Numbered from the stretch's first letter, positions 8,209 through 18,588 are shown. The stretch: 64,000 nucleotides of DNA from Candidatus Limnocylindrales bacterium (GCA_038915815.1 JBCLCL010000005.1:3955-67954); one strand, 5' to 3'. Made by a program: numbers and translations. The notes: generated by a model from the letters alone, not told the origin.

Positions 8209-10359
8209 ATGGACCTGACCCCGATCCTCCGGCCGAGCTCGATCGCCATCGTCGGGGCAAGCCCGCGCTCGTTCGTGGGGCGGGTCGCGCTCGAGAACAG
8301 CCGCGCCCTGGGCTTCCAGGGCCACCTCTACCCGGTCAACCCGAAGTACCCCGAGATCGGCGGGCTGCCCGCCTCGGCGTCGCTCTCGGACCTGCCGGAG
8401 GCGCCCGACGTCGTCCTCGTCCAGCTGGGGACCGACCGGATCCTCGAGGCAGTCCGGGAGGGAGTGGCGGTCGGTGCCCGGGGCTTCGTCATCCCGGGGG
8501 CGGGCTACACGGACTCCGGTCCGGCCGCGCTCGAGCTGGCGGCCGAGCTGCGGACGCTCGCCTCGGAGCGTGGGATCGCGGTGGTCGGCACCAACTGCAT
8601 GGGCTTCGTCGACCTGGTGACCGGGGCCGCTCCCTACATCGGGACCGTCCCGATGCACGTCCGGCGGGGACGAGTCGGCGTCGTCGCCCAGAGCGGCGCC
8701 ATCGTGGAGGCGTTCGTCAACAACGGCGGGCGCGTCCCGCTCTCGACGATCGTCTCGTGCGGCTCGGAGGCCGGGACAGGGCTGGCCGAGTACCTGGCCT
8801 TCTTCGCCGCCGACGAGCGGACCGACGCCGTCCTCGCGTTCGTCGAGGGGTTCGGCGATCCGACCGGTTTCCTGGTCGCCGCCAGATCCCTCGCGGAGGC
8901 CGGCAAGCCGCTGGCCGTGTGCAAGGTCGGCCGATCGTCGGCCGCCCAGGCCGGGATCGTCGCCCACTCCGGGAAGCTGGCCGGCAACGCCCGGGTCGGC
9001 GCGGCTGCGCTCCGCCAGGCCGGCGCGATCCTGTGCGCCGATCTCGACGAGTTGACCACGATCGGCGAGATCTTCGGCGCAGGTCGGACGCGGATGGGCC
9101 GTCGGGCTCACATCGTCACGAACTCCGGGGGCGAGGCGAACCTCCTGTCGGACCTGGCCGAGGACGTCGGGATCGAGCTACCACCGCTGAGCGAGGCGGG
9201 CGCTGCCCGGCTCACGGCAACCTGGCCGAACTTCCACCCCCGCAACCCGATGGACCCGTGGGGCACGGACGACTACCGGGCCATCTACCCGCGGGCCCTC
9301 GAAGCGCTGGCCGATGAGCCGGGCGACCTTCTCGTCGTGAGCCTCGACCAGCAGACGACCTGCGGCTCGTACGAGCTCCAGCTCGGGCGCGACCTGGCCT
9401 CGTACCTGGCCGGCGAGGCGTCGCGGACGAAGAAGACGCCGGTCTTCCTCTCGCCCTCGAGCCAGGATCCGAGCCCCGAGCTCCTCACCTACTGCCTGGC
9501 CGAGCGGATCCCGCTCCTGCGCGGCGCCTGGACGGCTCTGGACGCCCTGGCGAAGGTGGCCCGTCGGACCGAATGGGCGGGCGATGGACGGATCTCCGTT
9601 GTCGGCCCGCCGATCGCGCTCCCGGAGTTGATCTCGGCCGGACCTCTCGACGAGTATGCCTCGCTGGCGATCATCGACCGCTACGGCATCCCGACCCCGC
9701 GCCGGTCGACTGCGCGGGACGCCTTCGCGGCGGTCGAGGTCGCTGAGCGGATCGGCTACCCGGTCGTCCTCAAGGGTGTGGCCGGCGGAGTCAGCCACAA
9801 GACCGAGCTGGGCCTGGTACGGGTCGGGCTGGGATCCGCGGAAGAGGTTCGACGGGCCGCGGGGGAGATCTCCGGGAACGCGGCCCGTGCCGGGTTCGCG
9901 GTCACCTTCCTCGTCGCTGAGCATGTCCGGGCGGAGCTCGAGCTGATCGCGGGCTTCCGGCGCGATGACCAGTTCGGGGTGGCGGTCCTGGTGGGCCTCG
10001 GCGGGATCTGGGCCGAGCACTTCGACCAGGTCGCCGTCCGGATCGGCCGGATCGGCTTCGACGAGGCGCGCCGGATGCTCGACGACACGATCGTCGGGCG
10101 GATGCTCCGAACGGCCCGCGGCGGGGCGATCCCCGATGATGGCATCGTGGCCGCGATCGTCGGCCTCGCGGCGCTCGGCGAAGACCACCCGGAGATCGCC
10201 GAGGCGGACCTCAACCCGATCCTGGTCGGCCGCGAGCGGACCGTGGCCGTGGACGCGCTGGTCGTCCGGGCCGACGCCCCGCCGGCCGACATCGGGACCG
10301 GCTCGCCGACCGCCGAGCCGGCCCTCGAGCGAGCGGCCAGAGAGGTGATGAACGGATGA
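8209..10359 (+). CDS. ADP-forming acyl-CoA synthetase (acetate--CoA ligase family; CoA-binding, ligase-CoA and ATP-grasp domains)
   Basis: MDLTPILRPSSIAIVGASPRSFVGRVALEN..LYPVNPKY (CoA-binding domain). C-terminal ATP-grasp YASLAIIDRYGIPTPR..AERIGYPVVLKGVAGGVSHKTELGLVRVGL. I chose the internal ATG at 8209 within ORF 8113..10359. Confidence 0.85.
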   Translation: MDLTPILRPSSIAIVGASPRSFVGRVALENSRALGFQGHLYPVNPKYPEIGGLPASASLSDLPEAPDVVLVQLGTDRILEAVREGVAVGARGFVIPGAGYTDSGPAALELAAELRTLASERGIAVVGTNCMGFVDLVTGAAPYIGTVPMHVRRGRVGVVAQSGAIVEAFVNNGGRVPLSTIVSCGSEAGTGLAEYLAFFAADERTDAVLAFVEGFGDPTGFLVAARSLAEAGKPLAVCKVGRSSAAQAGIVAHSGKLAGNARVGAAALRQAGAILCADLDELTTIGEIFGAGRTRMGRRAHIVTNSGGEANLLSDLAEDVGIELPPLSEAGAARLTATWPNFHPRNPMDPWGTDDYRAIYPRALEALADEPGDLLVVSLDQQTTCGSYELQLGRDLASYLAGEASRTKKTPVFLSPSSQDPSPELLTYCLAERIPLLRGAWTALDALAKVARRTEWAGDGRISVVGPPIALPELISAGPLDEYASLAIIDRYGIPTPRRSTARDAFAAVEVAERIGYPVVLKGVAGGVSHKTELGLVRVGLGSAEEVRRAAGEISGNAARAGFAVTFLVAEHVRAELELIAGFRRDDQFGVAVLVGLGGIWAEHFDQVAVRIGRIGFDEARRMLDDTIVGRMLRTARGGAIPDDGIVAAIVGLAALGEDHPEIAEADLNPILVGRERTVAVDALVVRADAPPADIGTGSPTAEPALERAAREVMNG

Positions 10360-10784
10360 GCGAGTCGCACCCGCCGATCAGCAGCACGCTCCGGGTCCGG
10401 ATGGGCCAGGAGGACGCCCACTACGGAGGCAACCTCGTCGCCGGGGCGCGGACGCTCGCCCTGTTCGGCGACGTCATCACCGAGATCGCCGTCATCACCG
10501 ACGGCGACGAGGGCCTGTTCGTCGGCTACCAGGAGATCGAGTTCCTGGCCCCCGTCTACGCGGGTGACTTCCTCGAGGTGACCGGCACGGTCACCCGGAT
10601 CGGCGACACCAGCCGGACGGTCAGCTTCGAGGCCCGCAAGGTGATCGCCAGCCGCTACGACCTGGGGCCCTCGGCGGCAGACGTCCTGGCCGAGCCGATC
10701 GTGACCTGCCGGGCGATCGGCACGACCGTCATCCCGAAGGCCCACTCCCGGAAGGCCGCCCCCCTCCGCGAGGAGCCTCGATGA
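10356..10784 (+). CDS. Hotdog-fold protein resembling 3-aminobutyryl-CoA / beta-alanyl-CoA ammonia-lyase (Kal/Acl family)
   Basis: ATGA start/stop overlap with the synthetase gene. LRVRMGQEDAHYGGNLVAGARTLALFGDVITEIAVITDGDEGLFVGYQEIEFLAPVYAGDFLEVTG matches my memory of Kal-type sequences. Confidence 0.6.
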   Translation: MSESHPPISSTLRVRMGQEDAHYGGNLVAGARTLALFGDVITEIAVITDGDEGLFVGYQEIEFLAPVYAGDFLEVTGTVTRIGDTSRTVSFEARKVIASRYDLGPSAADVLAEPIVTCRAIGTTVIPKAHSRKAAPLREEPR

Positions 10785-10860
10785 CCGCGGCGCCGGTCCG
10801 GGCGATCTTCGTCCTGACCCCGCCGAGCTTCTGAACGCGGTCCAGGAGGAGTTCGGCTCC

Positions 10861-13290
10861 ATGCGATCACATGCCCGGGTTGTCATCGTCGGTGGCGGGG
10901 TCGTGGGGGCCAGCCTCCTGTATCACCTCGCGAAGATGGGCTGGCGCGACACCCTGCTGCTCGAGAAGAACGAGTTGACGGCGGGGTCCACGTGGCATGC
11001 GGCGGGGCTGTGTACGCAGTTCAACGCGAGCTACAACGTCACGCGCCTGCTGATGTACGGGGTGGAGCTGTACAAGGCGCTGGGAGCGGAGACCGGCCAG
11101 GCGGTCGACTTCCACGAAGTCGGCAGCGTTCGGCTGGCGACCTCGCCGGAGAGCCTGGACCACTACCGGCACGCCCGCGGTCTGGCCGGGATCGCCGGGC
11201 TGCCATTCGAGCTGATCGGACCCGACGAGGTCGCCCGGCTCTGCCCGCTGCTGTCGCTCGACGGGGTGCTTGGGGCCGCCTGGACTCCGACCGACGGGTA
11301 TGTGGACCCGAGCAGCGTCACCCAGGCGCTCGCGAGGGGGGCGCGCGAACTTGGTGCCGAGATCAGGCGCCATACCCCGGTTCGCGCCCTGCGGCCGACA
11401 CCGGGCGGCGAGTGGGAGGTGGTGACCGACGACGGAACGGTGACCGCGGAGATCCTCGTCAACGCCGCCGGCATCTGGGGGCGCGAGATCGGTGTGCTCG
11501 GCGGCGTCGAACTGCCGATCGTGCCGATGGAGCACCAGTATCTGGTCACGGACACGATCCCCGAGCTGGCCGTCGACCACCGCGAGATGCCCGTGGTCCG
11601 TGACGTCGAGGCGTCGTTCTACGCGCGCGAGGAGGGCAGCGGCCTGATCGTGGGGCCGTACGAGATGAACCCGAAGCCGTGGGCGGCCGAGGGGATCTCG
11701 CCGGAGTTCGGCCAGCAGCTGCTCCCCCCGGACTGGCCGCAGATCGAATCGGTCCTCGCCCTTGCGCAGGATCGAATCCCCGCCCTGCGCGTCGCGGGCG
11801 TCAAGAGCCTCGTCTGCGGTCCCACCAGCTACACGCCGGACGGCAACGCCCTGATGGGCTGGGTCCCGGGCCTGCGCAATTACTTCGTGCTGGCCGGGTT
11901 CAGCTACGGCATCGTCCAGGCCGGTGGTGCCGGCCGCAACGCCGCGGAGTGGATCGTCGAAGGCCAGCCGGGCGACAACATGTGGGAGCTGGACGTCCGT
12001 CGCTTCGGCCCGCACGCGGGCGCGCTCCCGTACCTGATCGCACGTGCCAGCCAGGTCTATGAACGCGAGTACGCCATCCCCTACCCGTTCGAAGAGCTTC
12101 CTGCCGCTCGGCCGCTCAAGACGGACCCGCTGTTCGATGTCCTGGCGGCCCGCGGTGCGGTATTCGGCGAGCGCAACGGCTGGGAGCGGCCACTGTGGTT
12201 CGCGCCCGGGGGCTCCGCCGGCAGCACGGAGCCGACCTTCCGCCGGCCCGGATGGCTGCCGGAAGTCGCCGGGGAATGTCGCGCCGTGCGCGAGCGCGCC
12301 GGGTTGCTCGACATGACCAGCTTCGCGAAGTACGAAGCCCGCGGACCGGGAGCCGAGAGCTTCCTCGATCGCATGTCGGCCAACAAGCTGCCCGGGCCAG
12401 GACGCACGGCGCTGGTCCAGATGCTCACACCCCAGGGCGGGATCGAGTGCGACGTGACGATCACGCGTCTCGCTCCCGACCGGTTCTACATCATCACCGC
12501 TGCGGCGACCGAGGCGCACGATCTCGAGTGGCTCGAGCGGCACCGGCCGGTGGACGGGAGCGTCGTCATCGAGAACGTGACGGGACGCTGGGGCGTGCTG
12601 GCGATCGCCGGACCCAGGTCCCGGGACGTTCTGGCCACGGTGTGTCGCGACGACCTCTCGGGCACCGGCTTCCCGTTCATGGCGGTGCGCGACGTCCGGA
12701 TCGGGTCCGTGCCCGTCCGGGCGCTGCGGGCCACCTATACCGGGGAGCTCGGCTGGGAGCTGCACCACCCGATCGAGTACTCACGGACGCTCTACGAGCT
12801 GCTCACCGCGGCGGGCGAGCCGCACGGGCTCGCAGACGTCGGGTACCTCGCCCTGGACTCGCTGCGGCTCGAGAAGGCGTACCGGCTGTGGGGCGCGGAC
12901 ATCTCGCCGCAGTACACGCCGCTGGAGGCCGGCCTGGAACGGTTCGTGCGGTTCGACAAGGGCGACTTCATCGGTCGCGATGCGCTGCTCCGGCAGCGCG
13001 ACGCCGGCCTCGAGCGACAGCTCACGTGCCTGACGATTGACCTCGCTCCCGGGGACGATCTCTTCCCGTGTGGCGGCGAACCCCTCCATCTCGATGAGCA
13101 GTTGCTCGGCTACCTCCAGTCGGCGGGGTACGGTCACGCGGTCGGTGCGACGATCGGGATGGCCTACCTTCCGCCACCGATGGCAGTCCCCGGCACGCGC
13201 CTCGAGGTCGAGATCCTCGGCGAACGCCGGTCCGCGTCGGTCGTGGCCGGGCCGCTCTACGACCCGCTCGGGTCGCGGATGCGCGCGTAG
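10861..13290 (+). CDS. FAD-dependent oxidoreductase fused to a GcvT-like folate-binding domain (dimethylglycine/sarcosine dehydrogenase family), paralog 1
   Basis: 809 aa. Dinucleotide-binding N-terminus VVIVGGGVVGASLLYHLAKMGWRDTLLLEKNELTAGSTWHAAGL. C-terminal aminomethyltransferase-like part YTGELGWELHHP..LRLEKAYRLWG. Confidence 0.9.
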   Translation: MRSHARVVIVGGGVVGASLLYHLAKMGWRDTLLLEKNELTAGSTWHAAGLCTQFNASYNVTRLLMYGVELYKALGAETGQAVDFHEVGSVRLATSPESLDHYRHARGLAGIAGLPFELIGPDEVARLCPLLSLDGVLGAAWTPTDGYVDPSSVTQALARGARELGAEIRRHTPVRALRPTPGGEWEVVTDDGTVTAEILVNAAGIWGREIGVLGGVELPIVPMEHQYLVTDTIPELAVDHREMPVVRDVEASFYAREEGSGLIVGPYEMNPKPWAAEGISPEFGQQLLPPDWPQIESVLALAQDRIPALRVAGVKSLVCGPTSYTPDGNALMGWVPGLRNYFVLAGFSYGIVQAGGAGRNAAEWIVEGQPGDNMWELDVRRFGPHAGALPYLIARASQVYEREYAIPYPFEELPAARPLKTDPLFDVLAARGAVFGERNGWERPLWFAPGGSAGSTEPTFRRPGWLPEVAGECRAVRERAGLLDMTSFAKYEARGPGAESFLDRMSANKLPGPGRTALVQMLTPQGGIECDVTITRLAPDRFYIITAAATEAHDLEWLERHRPVDGSVVIENVTGRWGVLAIAGPRSRDVLATVCRDDLSGTGFPFMAVRDVRIGSVPVRALRATYTGELGWELHHPIEYSRTLYELLTAAGEPHGLADVGYLALDSLRLEKAYRLWGADISPQYTPLEAGLERFVRFDKGDFIGRDALLRQRDAGLERQLTCLTIDLAPGDDLFPCGGEPLHLDEQLLGYLQSAGYGHAVGATIGMAYLPPPMAVPGTRLEVEILGERRSASVVAGPLYDPLGSRMRA

Positions 13291-13350
13291 CCGGCGCAGC
13301 GGTGGTCATGGATCCAGTGATCGTGGAAAGAGGACGAATGGAGGAGCAGG

Positions 13351-15828
13351 ATGACGAGTGAGCTCACCAGCGGCGGGGCGGCCGGATCGTTCCCGACCCA
13401 CGCCCAGGTCGTCGTCGTCGGCGGCGGGATCGTCGGCTGCAGCGTGGCCTACCACCTCACGAAGCGCGGCTGGCGGGACGTCGTCCTGCTCGAGCGTCGA
13501 CAGCTCACCTCCGGCACGACCTGGCATGCCGCCGGGCTCGTCACCCAGCTGCGGGCGACCTACAACATGAGCATGCTGGCCAAGTACAGCGCCGAGCTGT
13601 TCCCCGAGCTCGAGCGGCTGACCGGCATGGGGACGGGCTTCCGCCAGACCGGATCGATCCTCCTCGCGACGACCGAGGAGCGCTGGACGGAGGTCCGGCG
13701 GCAGATCTCGATGGCCCGCGTCTGCGGCTTCGAGGTCCAGCCGATCAGCGGTCGGGAGGCGGCCGGCATGTGGCCGCTGCTCGACCCGGCGGAGGTCGTG
13801 GGGGCGGCCTACCTGCCCGGCGACGGCGTCGCCAACCCGACCGACGTCACCCAGGCCCTGGCGAAGGCGGCCCGGCTCGGTGGCGCCCGGATCTTCGAGC
13901 ACACGGCGGTGACCGGGGTGCCCCGGAAGGACGGTCGGGTCACCGGCGTGTCGACCGATCGTGGGGAGATCGCCTGCGAGTACGTGGTCAACTGTACGGG
14001 CATGTGGGCCCGCGAGCTGGGCGCCCGGTCGAACGTGACGATCCCGCTCCACGCCGCCGAGCACTTCTACCTCATCACCGAGCCCGTTCCCGGGCTCTCG
14101 TCGGACCTGCCGGTCCTGCGCTCCCCGGACGACACCGCCTACCTGCGCGAGGACACGGGCAAGCTCATGGTCGGCTTCTTCGAGCCCGGCGCCAAGCCAT
14201 GGGCGACCCACGGCATCCCTGACGATGCAGCGTTCATCAGGCTGCCGGAGGACTGGGATCATCTCGCGCCGTACCTCGAGATGGCTGCCCGACGTGTCCC
14301 GCTCCTGCGCGAGGTCGGCATCCAGCTCTTCTTCAACGGCCCCGAGAGCTTCACCCCGGATGACCGCTACATCCTGGGTGAGGCGCCCGGGCTCGGCGGC
14401 TACTTCGTCGCGGCCGGCTTCAACTCGGTCGGCTTCCAGTCCGGTGGCGGGGCCGGCCGCGCCGTCGCCGACTGGATCGTGGATGGGCACCCCTCGATGG
14501 ACCTCTGGGAGGTCGACATCCGGCGCTTCATGCCGTTCCAGGGAAACCGGCGCTACCTCCACGACAGGACGACCGAGACGCTCGGGCTGCTCTACGACAT
14601 GCACTGGCCGTTCCGCCAGGTCGAAACCGCGCGGGGCGTTCGCCGGACGCCGTTCCACGACCGACTGTCGGCGCGCGGCGCGTGCTTCGGCGAGCTGGCC
14701 GGCTGGGAACGGGCCAACTGGTATGCGCCGCCGGGGGTCGAGGCGCGCTACGAGTACAGCTACGGCCGGCAGAACTGGTTCCCGCACTCGGCCGAGGAGC
14801 ACCGAGCCGTTCGAGAGGGGGTTGGGCTCTTCGACCAGACATCGTTCGGCAAGATCCTGGTCCAGGGCCGCGACGCCGAACGGGTGTTGAATCGGATCTG
14901 CACGGCCAACGTCGCCGTCGAACCCGGCCGGATCGTCTACACGCAGTGGCTCAACGAACGCGGCGGGATCGAGGCGGACGTCACGGTGACTCGTGTCGAC
15001 GAGCGATCGTTCCTCGTGGTCACGTCGGGCACGTCCATCGTGCGCGATCTCGACTGGCTGGCGCGGCACGTCCCGGACGACGCCCACGTCGTCGCCACCG
15101 ACGCGACGAATGCCTTCGCGGTGCTCAGTGTCATGGGCCCGCGTTCGCGCGAGTTCCTGTCCACCGTCACCGATGGCGACCTCTCGAACGCGGCGTTCCC
15201 GTTCGCGACATCACGTGAGATCGACATCGGCTACGCGCTCGTCCGGGCCTCGCGGATCACCTACGTCGGCGAGCTGGGCTGGGAGCTCTACATCCCGACC
15301 GACATGGCCACCCACGTCTACGACGCGATCGTGGCGGCGGGCGAGTCCGTCGGCCTGCGCCATGCCGGCTATCACGCCCTCAACTCGCTCCGGATCGAGA
15401 AGGGCTATCGCCACTGGGGTCACGACATGACCGACGAGGACACCCTGCTCGAGGCGGGTCTTGGCTTCACGGCGGCCTGGGACAAGCCGGACGGGTTCAT
15501 CGGGCGCGAGGCGCTCTTGCGCCAGCGCGAAGCCGGGCTTGCCCGTCGACTCGCCGTCTTCATGCTCGACGACCCGGAACCACTGCTCTACCACAACGAG
15601 CCGATCTGGCGGGATGGGGCGCTCGCAGGCCGGATCTCATCCGCGATGTTCGGCCACACGGTCGGGCGCGCGATCGGGCTTGGCTATGTGGGGCGGGAGG
15701 ACGGCCCGGCCACTGCCGAGTGGCTGGCTGCGGGTCGGTACGAGATCGAGGTCGCCGACGAGCGTCTCGCGGCAAGCGTTTCGCTCCGTGGCCCCTACGA
15801 CCCGGAGAATGCGCGGATCCGGTCGTGA
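13351..15828 (+). CDS. FAD-dependent oxidoreductase fused to a GcvT-like domain (DMGDH/SARDH family), paralog 2
   Basis: 825 aa. VVVVGGGIVGCSVAYHLTKRGWRDVVLLERRQLTSGTTWHAAGL; YVGELGWELYIP; LRIEKGYRHWGHD. Confidence 0.9.
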   Translation: MTSELTSGGAAGSFPTHAQVVVVGGGIVGCSVAYHLTKRGWRDVVLLERRQLTSGTTWHAAGLVTQLRATYNMSMLAKYSAELFPELERLTGMGTGFRQTGSILLATTEERWTEVRRQISMARVCGFEVQPISGREAAGMWPLLDPAEVVGAAYLPGDGVANPTDVTQALAKAARLGGARIFEHTAVTGVPRKDGRVTGVSTDRGEIACEYVVNCTGMWARELGARSNVTIPLHAAEHFYLITEPVPGLSSDLPVLRSPDDTAYLREDTGKLMVGFFEPGAKPWATHGIPDDAAFIRLPEDWDHLAPYLEMAARRVPLLREVGIQLFFNGPESFTPDDRYILGEAPGLGGYFVAAGFNSVGFQSGGGAGRAVADWIVDGHPSMDLWEVDIRRFMPFQGNRRYLHDRTTETLGLLYDMHWPFRQVETARGVRRTPFHDRLSARGACFGELAGWERANWYAPPGVEARYEYSYGRQNWFPHSAEEHRAVREGVGLFDQTSFGKILVQGRDAERVLNRICTANVAVEPGRIVYTQWLNERGGIEADVTVTRVDERSFLVVTSGTSIVRDLDWLARHVPDDAHVVATDATNAFAVLSVMGPRSREFLSTVTDGDLSNAAFPFATSREIDIGYALVRASRITYVGELGWELYIPTDMATHVYDAIVAAGESVGLRHAGYHALNSLRIEKGYRHWGHDMTDEDTLLEAGLGFTAAWDKPDGFIGREALLRQREAGLARRLAVFMLDDPEPLLYHNEPIWRDGALAGRISSAMFGHTVGRAIGLGYVGREDGPATAEWLAAGRYEIEVADERLAASVSLRGPYDPENARIRS

Positions 15829-15902
15829 CGGGGTCCAGGTGCGTCTCGCCGGCCGGGTCACCAGGGCGACATGGTGCTGCACAAACCACGGAGGTCCAAG
15901 TC

Positions 15903-18362
15903 GTGCGCCCCTCGATGCTGCCCGAGCGCGCCCAGGTGGTCATCGTCGGCGGCGGGGTCATCGGCTCCAGCATCGCCTACCACCTCACGAAGCTCGGCTG
16001 GCGCGATGTCGTGCTGCTGGAAAGAAAGCAGCTGACGGCCGGGACGACCTGGCACGCGGCGGGGCTGATCACGTCGGCGGGCTGCGCCACCGAGACCCTG
16101 CTCTGGATGTCTCGCTACACCCGCGACCTGTGCGCCTCGATCGAGGCTGAGACCGGCCAGGCGACCGGCTTCCGCGCCATCGGCCATCTGCACCTGGCGA
16201 CCACGCCCGGGCGGCTGGAGGCGCTTCGGCGCGAAGCGGCGTTCGTTCGCGGTCACGGCGTCGACAACCAGGAACTCTCGGCACGCGAGTTCGGCCAGCT
16301 GTGGCCGGAGGCCAGGACCGACGACGTCCTCGCCGCCTTCTACGTCGCGGACGAGGGGCGGGTCAACCCCGCGGACCTCACGATGGCGTACGCGAAGGGC
16401 GCCCGCATGGGCGGGGCACGGATCGTCGAGGGCGTCGCCGCGACCGGCTTCACCAGGGCGGATGGGCGGGTCACCGGCGTGGTCACCGACCGGGGCACGA
16501 TCGAGGCCGAGTACGTCGTGAATGCCGCCGGCATGTGGGCGCGGCAGGTCGGCGCGCTGGCCGGTGTCTCGGTGCCGCTTCAGGCGGCCGAGCACTACTA
16601 CCTGATCACCGACACCGTCGGGTGGGCGAACCCCGACCTCCCGGTGATCGAGGAGCCGGACCGGCACGGCTACTACCGTGAGGAGGGCGGCGGGATCCTC
16701 GTCGGACTGTTCGAGCCCGTGGCCGGACCCTGGTCGCTCGACGGCATCCCGGGCGAGGTCGCATTCGCGAGCTTGGCGCCGGACTGGAAACGCGTCGGCC
16801 CCTACCTGGCCCGGGCGATGGACCGCATCCCTGCGCTGCACGAGGCCGGCGTCCGGACGATGTTCTGCGGACCGGAGAGCTTCACGCCCGACATCGGCCC
16901 GCTGCTCGGCGAAGCGCCGGAACTCGGGGGATTCTTCGTCGCGGCCGGGATGAACTCGCTCGGCATCATCCTGAGCGGCGGCGTGGGCAGCCTGATCGCC
17001 CAGTGGATCGTCGACGGTGTTCCGCCGGTCGACGTGACCGGCCTGGCCATCGACCGGACCCAGCCGTTCGAGACGAGCCGCCGCTTCCGGGCGGACCGGA
17101 CGGTCGAGCAGCTTGGGGCGCTCTTCGCCGACGCGGCCTGGCCGAACTGGCACCCCAGGACCGCTCGCAACGTCCGCCGATCGGTGATCCACGACCGGCT
17201 GGCCGCGGCGGGTGCGCATTTCGCCGTCTCCTCGGGCTGGGAGTACCCGGAGTGGTTTGCGGCCGACGGCGCGCCGCCCGAGGTCGCGCTCGGCTGGGGA
17301 CGCGACGGCTCCTTCGCGCCGCAGGCGGCCGAGCACCGCGCCGTACGCGAGGCGGTCGGCATGCTCGACGTGTCGCTGATGGCGAAGTTCCTCGTCCAGG
17401 GCCGCGACGCCGAGGCCACCCTGAACCGGATCTGCGCGAACGACGTGGCCGTGTCGGTCGGCCGGGTCGTCTACACCCAGTGGCTCAACGAGCGCGGCGG
17501 AATCGAGGCCGACCTCACCGTCACCCGCCTCGGCGAGGAGCGGTTCCTCGTCGTCGTGACTGACCTCGTCCACCGCAGGATCGCGCCATGGATCGAGCGG
17601 CATACGCCGGACGGCGCCCACGTGACGGTTACCGACGTGACCTCCGGAACGACCCTCCTCAGCATCCAGGGCCCGCGCTCTCGCGAGCTGCTCCAGCGCC
17701 TGACGAGCGCCGATCTCTCCAACGACGCGTTCCCCTATCTGACTGCCAGAGAGATCGATCTGCACTACGCCCGGGTGCTCGCGATGCGGGTCACCTACGT
17801 CGGTGAGTTGGGCTGGGAGCTGCACATCCCGGCCGAGTTCTCGCTCACCGTCCACGACGCGCTGATGGAGGCCGGGACGGACCTCGGGTACCGCAACGTC
17901 GGCCTCGGTGCGATGAACAGCCTCCGCCTGGAGAAGGCCTATCGCGACTACGGCCTGGACATCGACAACACCGACACGCCGCTCGACGTGGGTCTTGGCT
18001 TCACCGTCGCCTGGGACAAACCCGGGGGCTTCATCGGGCGCGACGCGCTGCTCGCCCAGCGACACGCCGGCCCGCCGCGGCGACGGCTCGCCCAGTTCCT
18101 CCTCGAGGACCCGGAGCCGCTGCTCCATGGTGGCGAGCCGATCCTCCGCGACGGCCGGCGGTTCGGGCACATTCGGGCGGGCGCATACGGACACACGCTC
18201 GGCGGAGCCGTTGGTCTCGGCATGGTCGAGGACGAGACGGGCATTCCCGCGGAGGTGATCCAGGGCGAGTGTTTCGAGATCGACATCGCCGGGAGCCGCT
18301 TCCGGGCACTCGCGTCGCTTCGTCCGCTCTACGATCCGGACCGCCTTCGCATCAAGTGCTGA
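15903..18362 (+). CDS. FAD-dependent oxidoreductase fused to a GcvT-like domain (DMGDH/SARDH family), paralog 3
   Basis: GTG at 15903, 8 nt after GGAGG, chosen within ORF 15720..18362. VVIVGGGVIGSSIAYHLTKLGWRDVVLLERKQLTAGTTWHAAGL; YVGELGWELHIP; LRLEKAYRDYG. Confidence 0.88.
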   Translation: MRPSMLPERAQVVIVGGGVIGSSIAYHLTKLGWRDVVLLERKQLTAGTTWHAAGLITSAGCATETLLWMSRYTRDLCASIEAETGQATGFRAIGHLHLATTPGRLEALRREAAFVRGHGVDNQELSAREFGQLWPEARTDDVLAAFYVADEGRVNPADLTMAYAKGARMGGARIVEGVAATGFTRADGRVTGVVTDRGTIEAEYVVNAAGMWARQVGALAGVSVPLQAAEHYYLITDTVGWANPDLPVIEEPDRHGYYREEGGGILVGLFEPVAGPWSLDGIPGEVAFASLAPDWKRVGPYLARAMDRIPALHEAGVRTMFCGPESFTPDIGPLLGEAPELGGFFVAAGMNSLGIILSGGVGSLIAQWIVDGVPPVDVTGLAIDRTQPFETSRRFRADRTVEQLGALFADAAWPNWHPRTARNVRRSVIHDRLAAAGAHFAVSSGWEYPEWFAADGAPPEVALGWGRDGSFAPQAAEHRAVREAVGMLDVSLMAKFLVQGRDAEATLNRICANDVAVSVGRVVYTQWLNERGGIEADLTVTRLGEERFLVVVTDLVHRRIAPWIERHTPDGAHVTVTDVTSGTTLLSIQGPRSRELLQRLTSADLSNDAFPYLTAREIDLHYARVLAMRVTYVGELGWELHIPAEFSLTVHDALMEAGTDLGYRNVGLGAMNSLRLEKAYRDYGLDIDNTDTPLDVGLGFTVAWDKPGGFIGRDALLAQRHAGPPRRRLAQFLLEDPEPLLHGGEPILRDGRRFGHIRAGAYGHTLGGAVGLGMVEDETGIPAEVIQGECFEIDIAGSRFRALASLRPLYDPDRLRIKC

Positions 18363-18588
18363 GACACCAGCGACCGAGCACCGGCTCAGCACGCCGGTCA
18401 TAGCGACGACGCCGACCGAGTTCCGGCACGGCCCCGTCGAGGCGACCCGGCCAGGCGACGTGACCGCCCCGCCACCATGGCGGTTCTCCTTCCGCTGCGC
18501 GCGCGTTCCCCAACCCGGCCAACCCTCCGCCTACCCGAAGCCGATGGCCGGGTCCCATGCTGGAGCCTGCCGGCTCCTCGTCCGGTCA

